Origin: Candidatus Blochmanniella floridana
GTDB taxonomy: Bacteria > Pseudomonadota > Gammaproteobacteria > Enterobacterales > Enterobacteriaceae
Direction: 5' to 3'
Assembly (NCBI GenBank): GCA_000043285.1
Contig: BX248583.1
Location: 630,001-662,000 of the forward strand
DNA length: 32,000 nucleotides
The position numbers and the translations under genes are program-made. Below are positions 11,835-20,906 of the stretch, in pieces. The notes under the pieces are model-generated. The model saw nothing but the letters and a program-made list of their open reading frames with translations, was not told the origin of the DNA and made no database searches. How positions within the stretch are numbered: position 1 is the first letter of the stretch; every line of letters begins with the position of its first letter.

Positions 11835-12392
11835 TTAATCTTTATATATAGCACCATTCTTTTTTAAAAGTACAAGAATCTTATTTACTACACATTTTAC
11901 ACTGTACTCATCAGTTGATACTGTAATATCAGAAATTTCCTCGTACAATGGATTCCGTTCTTTTGCTAAATCCTCTAACAACTCTCTTAAATTCTGATAA
12001 TTAAATAATGTAGATGATTTTAATAAAGGTCTTCTTTTATCACGTTTAGTACGCACTAATTGTTTATCAATAGTCGTTTTTAAATAAATTACTAATCCTC
12101 GTTTAGCAAGATGATCTCTAGCAATATGAGATTTAATAGAACCTCCTCCAGTAGCCAGTACAATGCTTTTTTTTTGAGTCAACTCATCAATAATTTTTTC
12201 CTCCCGATTACGAAATCCAACTTCACCTTCTACATCAAATACCCAACTAATATTTACTCCGGTACACGTTTCAATTTCTCGATCTGAATCAAAGAATTCT
12301 AAATTCAACCGTTGCGCCAACTGACGACCTATAGTGCTTTTACCAGCACCCATAGGACCAATTAAAAAAATTTTTCTATTATCTGTTAACAT
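11835..12392 (-). CDS. aroK: Shikimate kinase I
   Basis: 185 aa. It has the Walker A motif [18 protein letters not shown], then FRNREEK and LATGGGS, and is colinear with E. coli AroK. It is immediately upstream of aroB, as in E. coli. Confidence 0.96.
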   Translation of the reverse strand: MLTDNRKIFLIGPMGAGKSTIGRQLAQRLNLEFFDSDREIETCTGVNISWVFDVEGEVGFRNREEKIIDELTQKKSIVLATGGGSIKSHIARDHLAKRGLVIYLKTTIDKQLVRTKRDKRRPLLKSSTLFNYQNLRELLEDLAKERNPLYEEISDITVSTDEYSVKCVVNKILVLLKKNGAIYKD

Positions 12393-13460
12393 AAGTAACT
12401 CTATATAGAAAGTATATATACAACTATATTCATAATAACTAGGAATACTTATTTAAAAAAAACAAACAAATATCAATCCACCGAAAATTAATGATAAAAT
12501 ACTAATAATTTCTTTTCAACATTCACCAAACAAAGTAATACTAATAAACCAAAAATTACTTCAATCTCACAATAATACTGTATTCTTCATCTATACCATA
12601 TTTCATGTCCTAACAATATTGTAATACAAAATATTAATTGATTACAACTTAGAACTTATTTGATATTATAATGTCAATACAATTAAAATCAGTTAAATAG
12701 ACCTCATTGTACAGTATAATATTGATCTATCATATAGAATATGCACATCAACAAACTACATTAATATAGCATTATTATAATTAATTATTATAAAATAAAA
12801 AAATGAATACATCCAACAATATAATATTTAAAATCAACATATTATATCAAACTACTATTTTCAGTTTTACGTATTTCATAAATATATAAAATAACCACAA
12901 TCAAAATACTAACACTTTACAAAATTACTTACAAGTAACATCACATATATACAACTGCGTAAATACATACGCTGTATAAATTAAAACTATACATTATACA
13001 ATACAATTATATTATGTTTATAACATAACATATTTATACTCTTCAAAAATTTAATAATTACACTGAACTATAATTATACATATAGCTAATTATTCAATAA
13101 TTTTATTACTAAATCATACAATAATATCATGGATATTGATTATTCCTATAATCATTACTTTAATCTATTTATTTTAAACTAAAAATATAATCGAACTTTA
13201 TTACAATTATTCATTAAATAACACATAAAAATTCTTTTAATATAAATACTACAATTCTTACTGTTTCATCATGTCCACTAATACCTATACTTTGCATATG
13301 TAATAAAATACACTCATAATCAAATAACATTACTTAAAAAGGTAATTTCTATATAAACATATACAACTCAATATTTATAATAATATAAATATATAGTCTT
13401 TAATATACTCAAAATAAATTATATAATAAATATTATTTATACACATGAGATGATAAAAAC

Positions 13461-14078
13461 ATGCTACACATTACTGATACTGCTCAAAAATACTTAATTA
13501 AACTTTTGTCTTATCAAAAAAAAAGCACACAAATACGTTTTTCTGTAAAAAATCCAGGAACTCCTCATGCACAATGTAATATTAGTTATTACCTTCCGAA
13601 AACTCATCATAATTCGAAAGATATAGAAATTAAATTTAGTCAATTTTCTATTTATTTAGAAAAACACTTAATACCATTTATCCAAAAAACAACAATCGAT
13701 ATTGTCTCTAACGATTTAGGAATACAATTAAGCATCAAATCTCCTAACTTATATCATTCAAAAAATGATAATCATGTAAATAACACACAAAATAACATAA
13801 ATTATAAATCACCTACATTAGAAAACCAAATAAAACACATATTAACACACCAAATCAATCCTCAATTAGCAATGCATGGAGGAAGTGTCTCTTTAGTAAA
13901 AATTACCTCAGATTCAATAGCAATACTAAAATTCCATGGCGGATGTAATGGATGTGCCATGGCTTTTTATACTATAAAAGAAGGTATCGAAAAAACTTTA
14001 AAAAAACTTTGCCCAGAACTAAATGGAGTAATTGATTCAACTCAACATCAACCAGGAACACACTCTTTTTTTAAATAA
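13461..14078 (+). CDS. nfuA: Fe/S biogenesis protein NfuA
   Basis: 205 aa versus 191 in E. coli NfuA. It has an N-terminal degenerate A-type domain (NPGTP.A.C..SY) and a C-terminal Nfu domain (QINPQLAMHGG.VSL, GGCNGCAM CXXC motif, IEK.L). The inter-domain linker is Asn-rich and expanded. Confidence 0.93.
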   Translation: MLHITDTAQKYLIKLLSYQKKSTQIRFSVKNPGTPHAQCNISYYLPKTHHNSKDIEIKFSQFSIYLEKHLIPFIQKTTIDIVSNDLGIQLSIKSPNLYHSKNDNHVNNTQNNINYKSPTLENQIKHILTHQINPQLAMHGGSVSLVKITSDSIAILKFHGGCNGCAMAFYTIKEGIEKTLKKLCPELNGVIDSTQHQPGTHSFFK

Positions 14079-14243
14079 AATTTAATAATTATAGATCATA
14101 ACATGCTTCATGATACATCAATAAAAAATATTATATAAAAACACTAATACAAATATTCATACACTTAACTATACTTAATCTAATTAATAACAAATCTACC
14201 TATTATCTACTCACTTATATAATAAATCTTTCTAATATTATAA

Positions 14244-15359
14244 CTATAATAATTTCATTAACATCCTACGTATAGGTTCTGCCGCTCCCCAAAGCAATTG
14301 ATCCCCAACAGTAAAAACTGTAACAAACTTATTTCCTATATTCATTTTTCTTAAACGCCCTACTGCAATACGAAGAGTACCAGATACCGATAAAGGAGTT
14401 AATTTATCTAACGACTGGTCACATTGATTTGGAACAACATCAACCCATTCATTATGAGATTGTATTAAATTTTCTATCTCTATTAAAGGTAGATTTTTTT
14501 TTAACTTAATAAACAATGCTTGACTATGACAACGTAATGAACATACACGCACACATACACTATCTATAGGAATAATTCTAGTAGTATTAAGAATTTTATT
14601 AGTCTCCAATTGACCTTTCCATTCTTCTTGAGTTTGCCCTTCATACACTATATCTTCTTCTCCGATCCATGGTAATATATTCCCAATTAATGGTTTTTTA
14701 AAACAATCTACTAACATAGCATTAGTCTTACTAAATTTTGAGATTATAGCTTCAATATCTAAAACAGTCACACTAAAATCATTTAATGAATCTGAAATTA
14801 TATTGTATACCTGACCCATTTGTATTAATAATTCCCTTATAGCTCGAGCTCCATATCCAGAAGCCGCTTGATAAGTAGATACAGAAGCCCATTCTACTAA
14901 ATCATTAACAAATAATCCTCCCAAAGCCATTAACATTAAACTTACCGTACAATTACCCCCAACAAATGTTTTAACACCATTATTTATTCCTTGATCTATC
15001 ACTGTCTGGTTCACAGGATCTAATATTATTACAGCATTCTGATTCATCCTTAAACAAGATGCGCTATCAATCCAATATCCAGACCAACCATTTTTTCTTA
15101 ACTGAGGATATATAACATTCGTATATTCACTTCCCTGACAAGTAACTATAATATCTAATGAACTTAACAACTCCATATCCCAAGCACTTTGTAAAACCAA
15201 ATCTTGCTTATTCTTAATAAAATAAGGCGCAACTTTACCTATCTGAGAAGTAGACAAAAAAATAGAGTAAAAAAAACTAAAATCATGTTCCTGTTTCATA
15301 CGATTCATTAACACAGAACCTACCATACCTCTCCAACCCACAAAACCAATTCTTTTCAT
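14244..15359 (-). CDS. asd: Aspartate-semialdehyde dehydrogenase
   Basis: The ORF track gives 14244..15368 with a TTG start. Alignment to E. coli Asd (MKNVGFIGWRGMVGSV) favours the ATG at 15359 (MKRIGFVGWRGMVGSV). The active-site blocks GGNCTVSLMLMALGG and LRCHSQA and the C-terminal FTVGDQLLWGAAEP.RRML are conserved. Confidence 0.96.
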   Translation of the reverse strand: MKRIGFVGWRGMVGSVLMNRMKQEHDFSFFYSIFLSTSQIGKVAPYFIKNKQDLVLQSAWDMELLSSLDIIVTCQGSEYTNVIYPQLRKNGWSGYWIDSASCLRMNQNAVIILDPVNQTVIDQGINNGVKTFVGGNCTVSLMLMALGGLFVNDLVEWASVSTYQAASGYGARAIRELLIQMGQVYNIISDSLNDFSVTVLDIEAIISKFSKTNAMLVDCFKKPLIGNILPWIGEEDIVYEGQTQEEWKGQLETNKILNTTRIIPIDSVCVRVCSLRCHSQALFIKLKKNLPLIEIENLIQSHNEWVDVVPNQCDQSLDKLTPLSVSGTLRIAVGRLRKMNIGNKFVTVFTVGDQLLWGAAEPIRRMLMKLL

Positions 15360-15578
15360 TATTACCAATCTCTTAATTACATTAAGTGTTTATATTAAAA
15401 GTAGATTGTATATATACACATGATATGAAATACTAAATTTTACATAAATATAAAAATACATGATATTTCACATATTATGCATAAAAAATACATCACTATA
15501 TAATCCAATTATCCAATAATTTATTATATACCAAAAACAAATACATAATACAATATGAATAACTTCTAGGAAATAAAA

Positions 15579-16172
15579 ATGAACGAAATGATATCCGCTA
15601 CCATTCTATTATTTTTAATAATGGATCCTATCGGAAATTTACCAATCTTTATGTCAATATTAAAGAACCTGAATCCTAACAGACGTCAAATTATTATCAT
15701 TAGAGAAATGATAATTGCTTTATTATTAATGTTAAGCTTTTTATTCATTGGAGAACATATTTTACAATTTCTTAATTTACAAACAGAAACAGTATCTATC
15801 TCTGGGGGCATTGTCTTATTTTTAATTGCTATAAAAATGATTTTTCCTAATCAAGAAGGAAATACCTCTGGATTCGCAAATGAAGAAGAACCTTTCTTAG
15901 TACCACTTGCTATCCCATTAGTAGCAGGACCATCAATTTTAGCAACATTACTATTATTACACCACCAATATCCTAATGATACCAATTTATTAATTGTTGC
16001 ATTAATAATTGCTTGGGGTTTCTCTGTATTAATTCTTATGCTATCAAACTTATTCTCTCGTTTATTAGGTAATAAAGGCATTAATGCATTAGAACGATTA
16101 ATGGGTCTGTTATTAATAATGATTTCTACTCAAATGTTGCTTGATGGTATACGTAACTACTTACATACATAA
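15579..16172 (+). CDS. yhgN: MarC-family (UPF0056) inner-membrane protein YhgN
   Basis: 197 aa, the same length as E. coli YhgN, and colinear with it (MNE.ISA..L..IMDP.GNLPIFMS.LK, ETVSISGGI.LFLIAIKMIFP, EEPF.VPLAIPLVAGP.ILATL.LL, G.NALERLMGL). It is adjacent and divergent to asd, as in E. coli. Confidence 0.93.
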   Translation: MNEMISATILLFLIMDPIGNLPIFMSILKNLNPNRRQIIIIREMIIALLLMLSFLFIGEHILQFLNLQTETVSISGGIVLFLIAIKMIFPNQEGNTSGFANEEEPFLVPLAIPLVAGPSILATLLLLHHQYPNDTNLLIVALIIAWGFSVLILMLSNLFSRLLGNKGINALERLMGLLLIMISTQMLLDGIRNYLHT

Positions 16173-16215
16173 TTTTATATTATCAATAACATTGCATTTT
16201 ATATAAACAAACACA

Positions 16216-16258
16216 ACCCGGATCATAATCACAATATCTGAATATTCCTGATTCGGGT
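16216..16258. terminator. Candidate bidirectional hairpin between convergent yhgN and yigL
   Basis: The arms acccggatca (16216-16225) and tgattcgggt (16249-16258) form a 10-bp stem with one G-U pair. An inner aatat/atatt pairing shortens the 23-nt loop. It is the only GC-rich inverted repeat I saw in the AT-rich spacers. On the minus strand a T-rich run follows it (ttgtgtttgtttat). On the plus strand there is no clean U tract. Confidence 0.35.
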
Positions 16259-16521
16259 GTATCTTATGCAAATATCCTAATCCTTACTTAATACTTTTAA
16301 ACATAAATTATAATCACTAGAGTAATTAATTAATAAAAATTTATAGAACTATATATAATACAATCACACTAGTATTTTTAATACACAACACCCCAACAAC
16401 TATAATTAAATACAATTATATTGTATAAATAACCCATATTATACGAAATATAACAATATTCCTTACTCATATATAATCAATAAAATTTAAAATCACACCA
16501 TAATTTTATAACATATTATAT

Positions 16522-17322
16522 TTAATGAAAGTACATATATTTTAAATAATACGGGACAGCTTCATTTTTGTTACTTCCAATCACTTCCAAACAAGGCAAA
16601 GCATCTTTTAAACGTTGCTGAGCATTAAACATTATACATCCTTTCCCTGTCATTGCCAACATTTCCTGATCATTCATTCCATCACCAAATGATATACAAT
16701 CTCTAAGTTGATAACCTAATAAATTAGCTACTAATTCCAATGCATACCCCTTTGATACTCCACCTGATATAACTTCCAGACATGTTGGTAACGAAAAACT
16801 CACATTCACTCGCGATCCCCAACGAGCATTTATTTTCTTTTCTAACCAAAACAATTTTTGATAACTATTACTAGAAAAATATATTTTACTAACCGCATCC
16901 ACAGGTACAGTATCTATAGTATATATTTTATAATCTGAATGAAAACTTTGAAAAAAAAAATCATGATAATATTGAAATCGACCAATTAACCATTCATTTT
17001 GTTGAAAAAGATTAGTAACAATATGTGGATCTCTTTGTACTATACTTAATAAATCATATATAATTTCTAAATCTAAATTATAAGAAGCAATTAATCTATC
17101 ATTAGCATCGTATATTCTTGCTCCATTTGAAGTAATCATATAATCATAAATATTTAAATTATTACGTATTTTTATAACATTAATACGATGCCTTCCTGTA
17201 GCAAAAATAAAATGTACTTTCATCGTAGTTAATAATCTCAAAATTTTTTTTGTAAACGATGTTAATTGATTATCTGGAGTAAGCAAAGTTCCATCCAAAT
17301 CCGATGCAACAATGTAAAACAT
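16522..17322 (-). CDS. yigL: Cof-type HAD-IIB phosphatase YigL (sugar/pyridoxal phosphate phosphatase)
   Basis: 266 aa, the same length as E. coli YigL. Conserved blocks are VASDLDGTLL (motif I), FATGRH, MITSNGAR, INARWG.RVNVSFS, CLEV..GGVSKG.ALE and FGDGMND.EML...GKGCIM. Confidence 0.9.
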   Translation of the reverse strand: MFYIVASDLDGTLLTPDNQLTSFTKKILRLLTTMKVHFIFATGRHRINVIKIRNNLNIYDYMITSNGARIYDANDRLIASYNLDLEIIYDLLSIVQRDPHIVTNLFQQNEWLIGRFQYYHDFFFQSFHSDYKIYTIDTVPVDAVSKIYFSSNSYQKLFWLEKKINARWGSRVNVSFSLPTCLEVISGGVSKGYALELVANLLGYQLRDCISFGDGMNDQEMLAMTGKGCIMFNAQQRLKDALPCLEVIGSNKNEAVPYYLKYMYFH

Positions 17323-17327
17323 TAATA

Positions 17328-17333
17328 CCTCCT
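17328..17333 (-). promoter_or_regulatory. Shine-Dalgarno sequence (AGGAGG) for yigL
   Basis: The plus strand reads cctcct, which is AGGAGG on the minus strand, 5 nt upstream of the yigL ATG at 17322. Confidence 0.6.
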
Positions 17334-17566
17334 CTATTTATTAATACAATATTTATAATATTTTTATGATTATAAAAACATAATTATTATTTTTTATTTA
17401 TTTCATTAAACCATAATATATTTCAAAATTCATATAACCTGATCTTATTCATAAAAATAACCATTAATTAAACATAAAATCTTCAGAACATTTATATAAA
17501 ACTATATTTAATATAATTAAACTCAATACAATCCTTTCAAAGTAACTATTAACATTCCAAACATAT

Positions 17567-18511
17567 TTATAACCATTTTTTATATTTAAAATATAAATAA
17601 GGAGCAAGACCAGTTAAAATCATTAAAAAAATAGCACTAGGATATCCAAAAGACCATTTTAATTCTGGCATAAATTCAAAATTCATTCCATAACTAGAAG
17701 CTATTAAAGTAGGAGGTAAAAAAACAATAGAAAATATCTTTATAATACGATTTTGTTCTATATTAATTAAGCCCATTACTGACTGCGTTAAAAAACTAAC
17801 TTTTTGAAATATACATTCATTATACGGCAATAATAAAGTTATACCCCGTAAAATACCATTAGCATGTCTTTTTTGGGTTACAGGTAATTTTACTTTACGT
17901 ACTAAAAATTGTAACGCCCTTTCCGTATCTAATAGATTAATATGTATCTTCCAACTCATACTCTCTAACTTAGCTAAATCTTCAAGAATACTGTCATACC
18001 CATCAATTTGTTGTTCATCCATAATCACAAAACTTAACCTCTCCAAAGTTTCATAAATATGTTCAATTCTATCTGTTAAATCATCAATTTTTACTTCAAA
18101 TAAACTTAATAATAATTCATATGCATTTCCATCATTCAATACATGATTATTTAAAGATTCTTGATATATACAAAATACTGAAAATCCTGATTCACGTAAT
18201 GTATATAAACAATTATTACAAATAATAAAAGATACAATAGAATTATCTATTTGATTATCTTCATTATAAGAAAAAAAGAAAGAACGAATATATACTCCCT
18301 GCTTGCTATTACAAAAACGCTTATTTTTTAAAATATCCTTTATTTCAAAAAAATTAATTTTAAATTGCTCTGATATACTTTGTATATCATGACTCTCATT
18401 ATCATCAGATTGTATTATATCTATCCAAATAACATCATTTATAGATGATATAACATCTTGACTATCCATACGAAACAAACAATTATTTTTTAATTGAAAT
18501 ATGTTAAACAT
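17567..18511 (-). CDS. corA: Magnesium/cobalt transport protein CorA
   Basis: 314 aa versus 316 in E. coli. The C-terminal third is almost identical (INIEQNRIIKIFS, FLPPTL.ASSYGMNFEFMPELKWSFGYP, LAPYLYFK.K.WL), including the GMN signature and two transmembrane helices. The N-terminal domain is more diverged. Confidence 0.95.
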   Translation of the reverse strand: MFNIFQLKNNCLFRMDSQDVISSINDVIWIDIIQSDDNESHDIQSISEQFKINFFEIKDILKNKRFCNSKQGVYIRSFFFSYNEDNQIDNSIVSFIICNNCLYTLRESGFSVFCIYQESLNNHVLNDGNAYELLLSLFEVKIDDLTDRIEHIYETLERLSFVIMDEQQIDGYDSILEDLAKLESMSWKIHINLLDTERALQFLVRKVKLPVTQKRHANGILRGITLLLPYNECIFQKVSFLTQSVMGLINIEQNRIIKIFSIVFLPPTLIASSYGMNFEFMPELKWSFGYPSAIFLMILTGLAPYLYFKYKKWL

Positions 18512-18899
18512 ATCTATACCACTATTTCTTAATGATTATTACATAATAAAATTTGAATTAAAATAATCAAAAATCAGAATAGATTCCCATGGAAAGATTG
18601 ATGATACACAATTTATATTAAAAAACCAAAAACATAATCAAATTAATAAACTTAATGCTCTAATAAATAATTTAAATAACCCTACATATCTCATATATTG
18701 TCTATGAAATATATAACGATATAATCACCGTAAAAATTATATACAATAAAATATTAATAATCACAATACATATACATATCAGTATACTTACACATCTTGT
18801 AACAATAATATTTATTTAAAAATCATGCCTTTAAAATATAAAACTTATATTAATCAAATTATATTCATAATAGTTATTAAATAAAATTTAATAACTTAA

Positions 18900-19637
18900 T
18901 TATAGTAAATATGTTAATGACATTAAATCTGAAATTTCTAAATTCGGACACAATTGTGGATTCATCAATATATTATTATTTTTCATATCCAAACTATATT
19001 CCTTTATCCAGCAAGACTGCATTCCTGATCGCATTGCTCCTTGAACATCAGTATATAAATCATCTCCTATATGTAAAATATACCGACAAGGTATTTCAAA
19101 ATATTTTGATGCTAAATCATACATATCTGTATAAGGTTTAGCTCTTCCATGAATTCCAGCCCTCAAAATATCACTAAAATACCTTTTAAAATTATACAAT
19201 ACAGAATCAGCATTACCATTAGTAATAGCAATTAAAGGCCATTTAGAACTTAAAGCCGATAATGCCATATCTGTTTTTAAAGATACATTAATTTGATTAC
19301 GCCAAAATAAAACAAATTCCATTGCATTATCAGCTCCTAATGTTGCTTCATGTTCAGACAATCCTGATTGTAAAAATATTCTCTCCAAAGATTTCCATCG
19401 CCAACTATTAACATTATGGTAAATATCTGGATCAATTAATCTAATTTTTTCCCGAATAATATGATAATCTTCTTTTTTAAAGTTACGTAAAACAGGATGA
19501 TATTTTCGTAAAAACAACCGTAACTCTTTTTCAACTTTATCAATAACTGGATAATTATTATATAAAGTATTATCTAAATCTAGTGTTATAGCATAAAAAG
19601 GTTTAAACTTTCGATGAAAATAAATCACATTATACAC
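18900..19637 (-). CDS. yigB: HAD-family phosphatase YigB (5-amino-6-(5-phospho-D-ribitylamino)uracil phosphatase, riboflavin pathway)
   Basis: 245 aa, colinear with E. coli YigB (238 aa). Conserved blocks are LDLDNTLYNN (motif I), KWPL.AITNGNA, RAG.HGR.KP..DMY, GDDL.TDV.GA.RSGMQ.CWI and HLEIS-like NLEIS. The ORF starts at a GTG at 19637. A second in-frame GTG at 19628 lies 8 nt after an AAGGTG SD-like element and fits the E. coli N-terminus better. Confidence 0.88.
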   Translation of the reverse strand: MYNVIYFHRKFKPFYAITLDLDNTLYNNYPVIDKVEKELRLFLRKYHPVLRNFKKEDYHIIREKIRLIDPDIYHNVNSWRWKSLERIFLQSGLSEHEATLGADNAMEFVLFWRNQINVSLKTDMALSALSSKWPLIAITNGNADSVLYNFKRYFSDILRAGIHGRAKPYTDMYDLASKYFEIPCRYILHIGDDLYTDVQGAMRSGMQSCWIKEYSLDMKNNNILMNPQLCPNLEISDLMSLTYLL

Positions 19638-19650
19638 ACCTTATATAATT

Positions 19651-20481
19651 TTATAAATTAATACAACCATCATATATATATGTTGCTGATCCAATCATAT
19701 ATAACGGGTAACCTAAACCTTTCCAAGATATAAATAAATCACCACCCGGTAAATTTACTTGTACTGATATGTTCTTTTTTAATAAACCTTGCTGAATTCC
19801 AATTGCAACAGCCGCGCAAGCAGCACTACCGCAAGCTTTAGTTTCTCCTGACCCACGTTCATATACTCTTAATTTAATATTATTCTGGCTTATAATCTGC
19901 ATAAAACTAATATTTGCTTTTTTTGGAAAACAATGATGATTTTCCAAAATAGATCCTAACACGGTTACCGGAACCAAATCCACTTGTTCCACTAAAATAA
20001 CACAATGAGGGTTTCCTATAGAAACCACTCCACATAAAATCGTAAAATTCGGAACAAACAAAACATACATTTTTTGATATTGAGTTGAAAAAAATGGTAT
20101 CTTAATTGGATCAAATATAGGTTCACCCATATTTACAGATATAAACTCACTATCTAATACCGATAGCATCATACTATAAGTATCAGTACTAATTTTAATA
20201 TGTTGTTTATTAGTTAATTTTTTTATACATACAAACCGAGCAACACAACGTATTCCATTTCCACATTGATATACTTCTGAACCATCAGCATTATAAATAC
20301 GACAATGAAAGTCAATATTAGGATCATAAGGAGGTTCCACTACTAACAACTGATCAAATCCAATACCATAAAATCTATTTGATAAACTTCTAATTTTATC
20401 TGAATTAAAATAAACTTTTTGTGTAATAGAGTCAATAATTACAAAATCATTTCCTAATCCATGCATCTTTGAAAAACGCAT
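19651..20481 (-). CDS. dapF: Diaminopimelate epimerase
   Basis: The ORF track gives 19651..20511. Alignment with E. coli DapF ([13 protein letters not shown]) favours the ATG at 20481 ([13 protein letters not shown]). Both catalytic cysteines are present (NADGSEV.QCGNG and GET.ACGS.ACAAVA.GIQQGLL). Confidence 0.95.
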   Translation of the reverse strand: MRFSKMHGLGNDFVIIDSITQKVYFNSDKIRSLSNRFYGIGFDQLLVVEPPYDPNIDFHCRIYNADGSEVYQCGNGIRCVARFVCIKKLTNKQHIKISTDTYSMMLSVLDSEFISVNMGEPIFDPIKIPFFSTQYQKMYVLFVPNFTILCGVVSIGNPHCVILVEQVDLVPVTVLGSILENHHCFPKKANISFMQIISQNNIKLRVYERGSGETKACGSAACAAVAIGIQQGLLKKNISVQVNLPGGDLFISWKGLGYPLYMIGSATYIYDGCINL

Positions 20482-20906
20482 ACATCCCTCATACACAAAT
20501 CTATTATACAAATATAATCATGGTGATAGTATCATATTTTTCATCCATCTTCAATATTAGAACAACCATTGATTATACCATTAATTCAAATTATATTATA
20601 TCATCAATATTATTAAAAATATCTTATATAAATTATACAATAAATTACATTTATATATATCTACATACATAAAAATTTATCAAGTATTTATTTAAATTAA
20701 AAATTACACCTTCATTGCATAATTCAATTTTTACTGATAACATATACATCAATTTTTAAAATAATTTTTTAAAACTCTGTCATATAACATTTATACAACG
20801 ATATATATCGTATATAATATATACTACAATTATTATATATAAAATTATTTTTATAAGAAATATTAAATGTAGTATTTAATATATACCCGAAATATAATAA
20901 TTATAT

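Noticed and set aside
15851-16081. 76-aa ORF on the minus strand inside yhgN
   Set aside because: It lies entirely antisense to a well-supported, full-length YhgN ortholog. Its composition is low-complexity and it has no recognisable motif or SD. It is a typical chance antisense ORF.
18911-19141. 76-aa ORF on the plus strand inside yigB
   Set aside because: It is antisense to the conserved C-terminal part of YigB, has no homology I recognise and has no SD. It is a chance ORF.
20469-20672. 67-aa ORF on the plus strand (TTG start) spanning the dapF 5' end and the dapF-hemC spacer
   Set aside because: It has an alternative start codon, and its sequence is Ile/Tyr/Asn-rich as expected from translating AT-rich DNA. 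It overlaps the dapF start on the opposite strand. I also looked on the minus strand here for remnants of lptM (yifL) or cyaY and found only ORFs of 8-14 codons.
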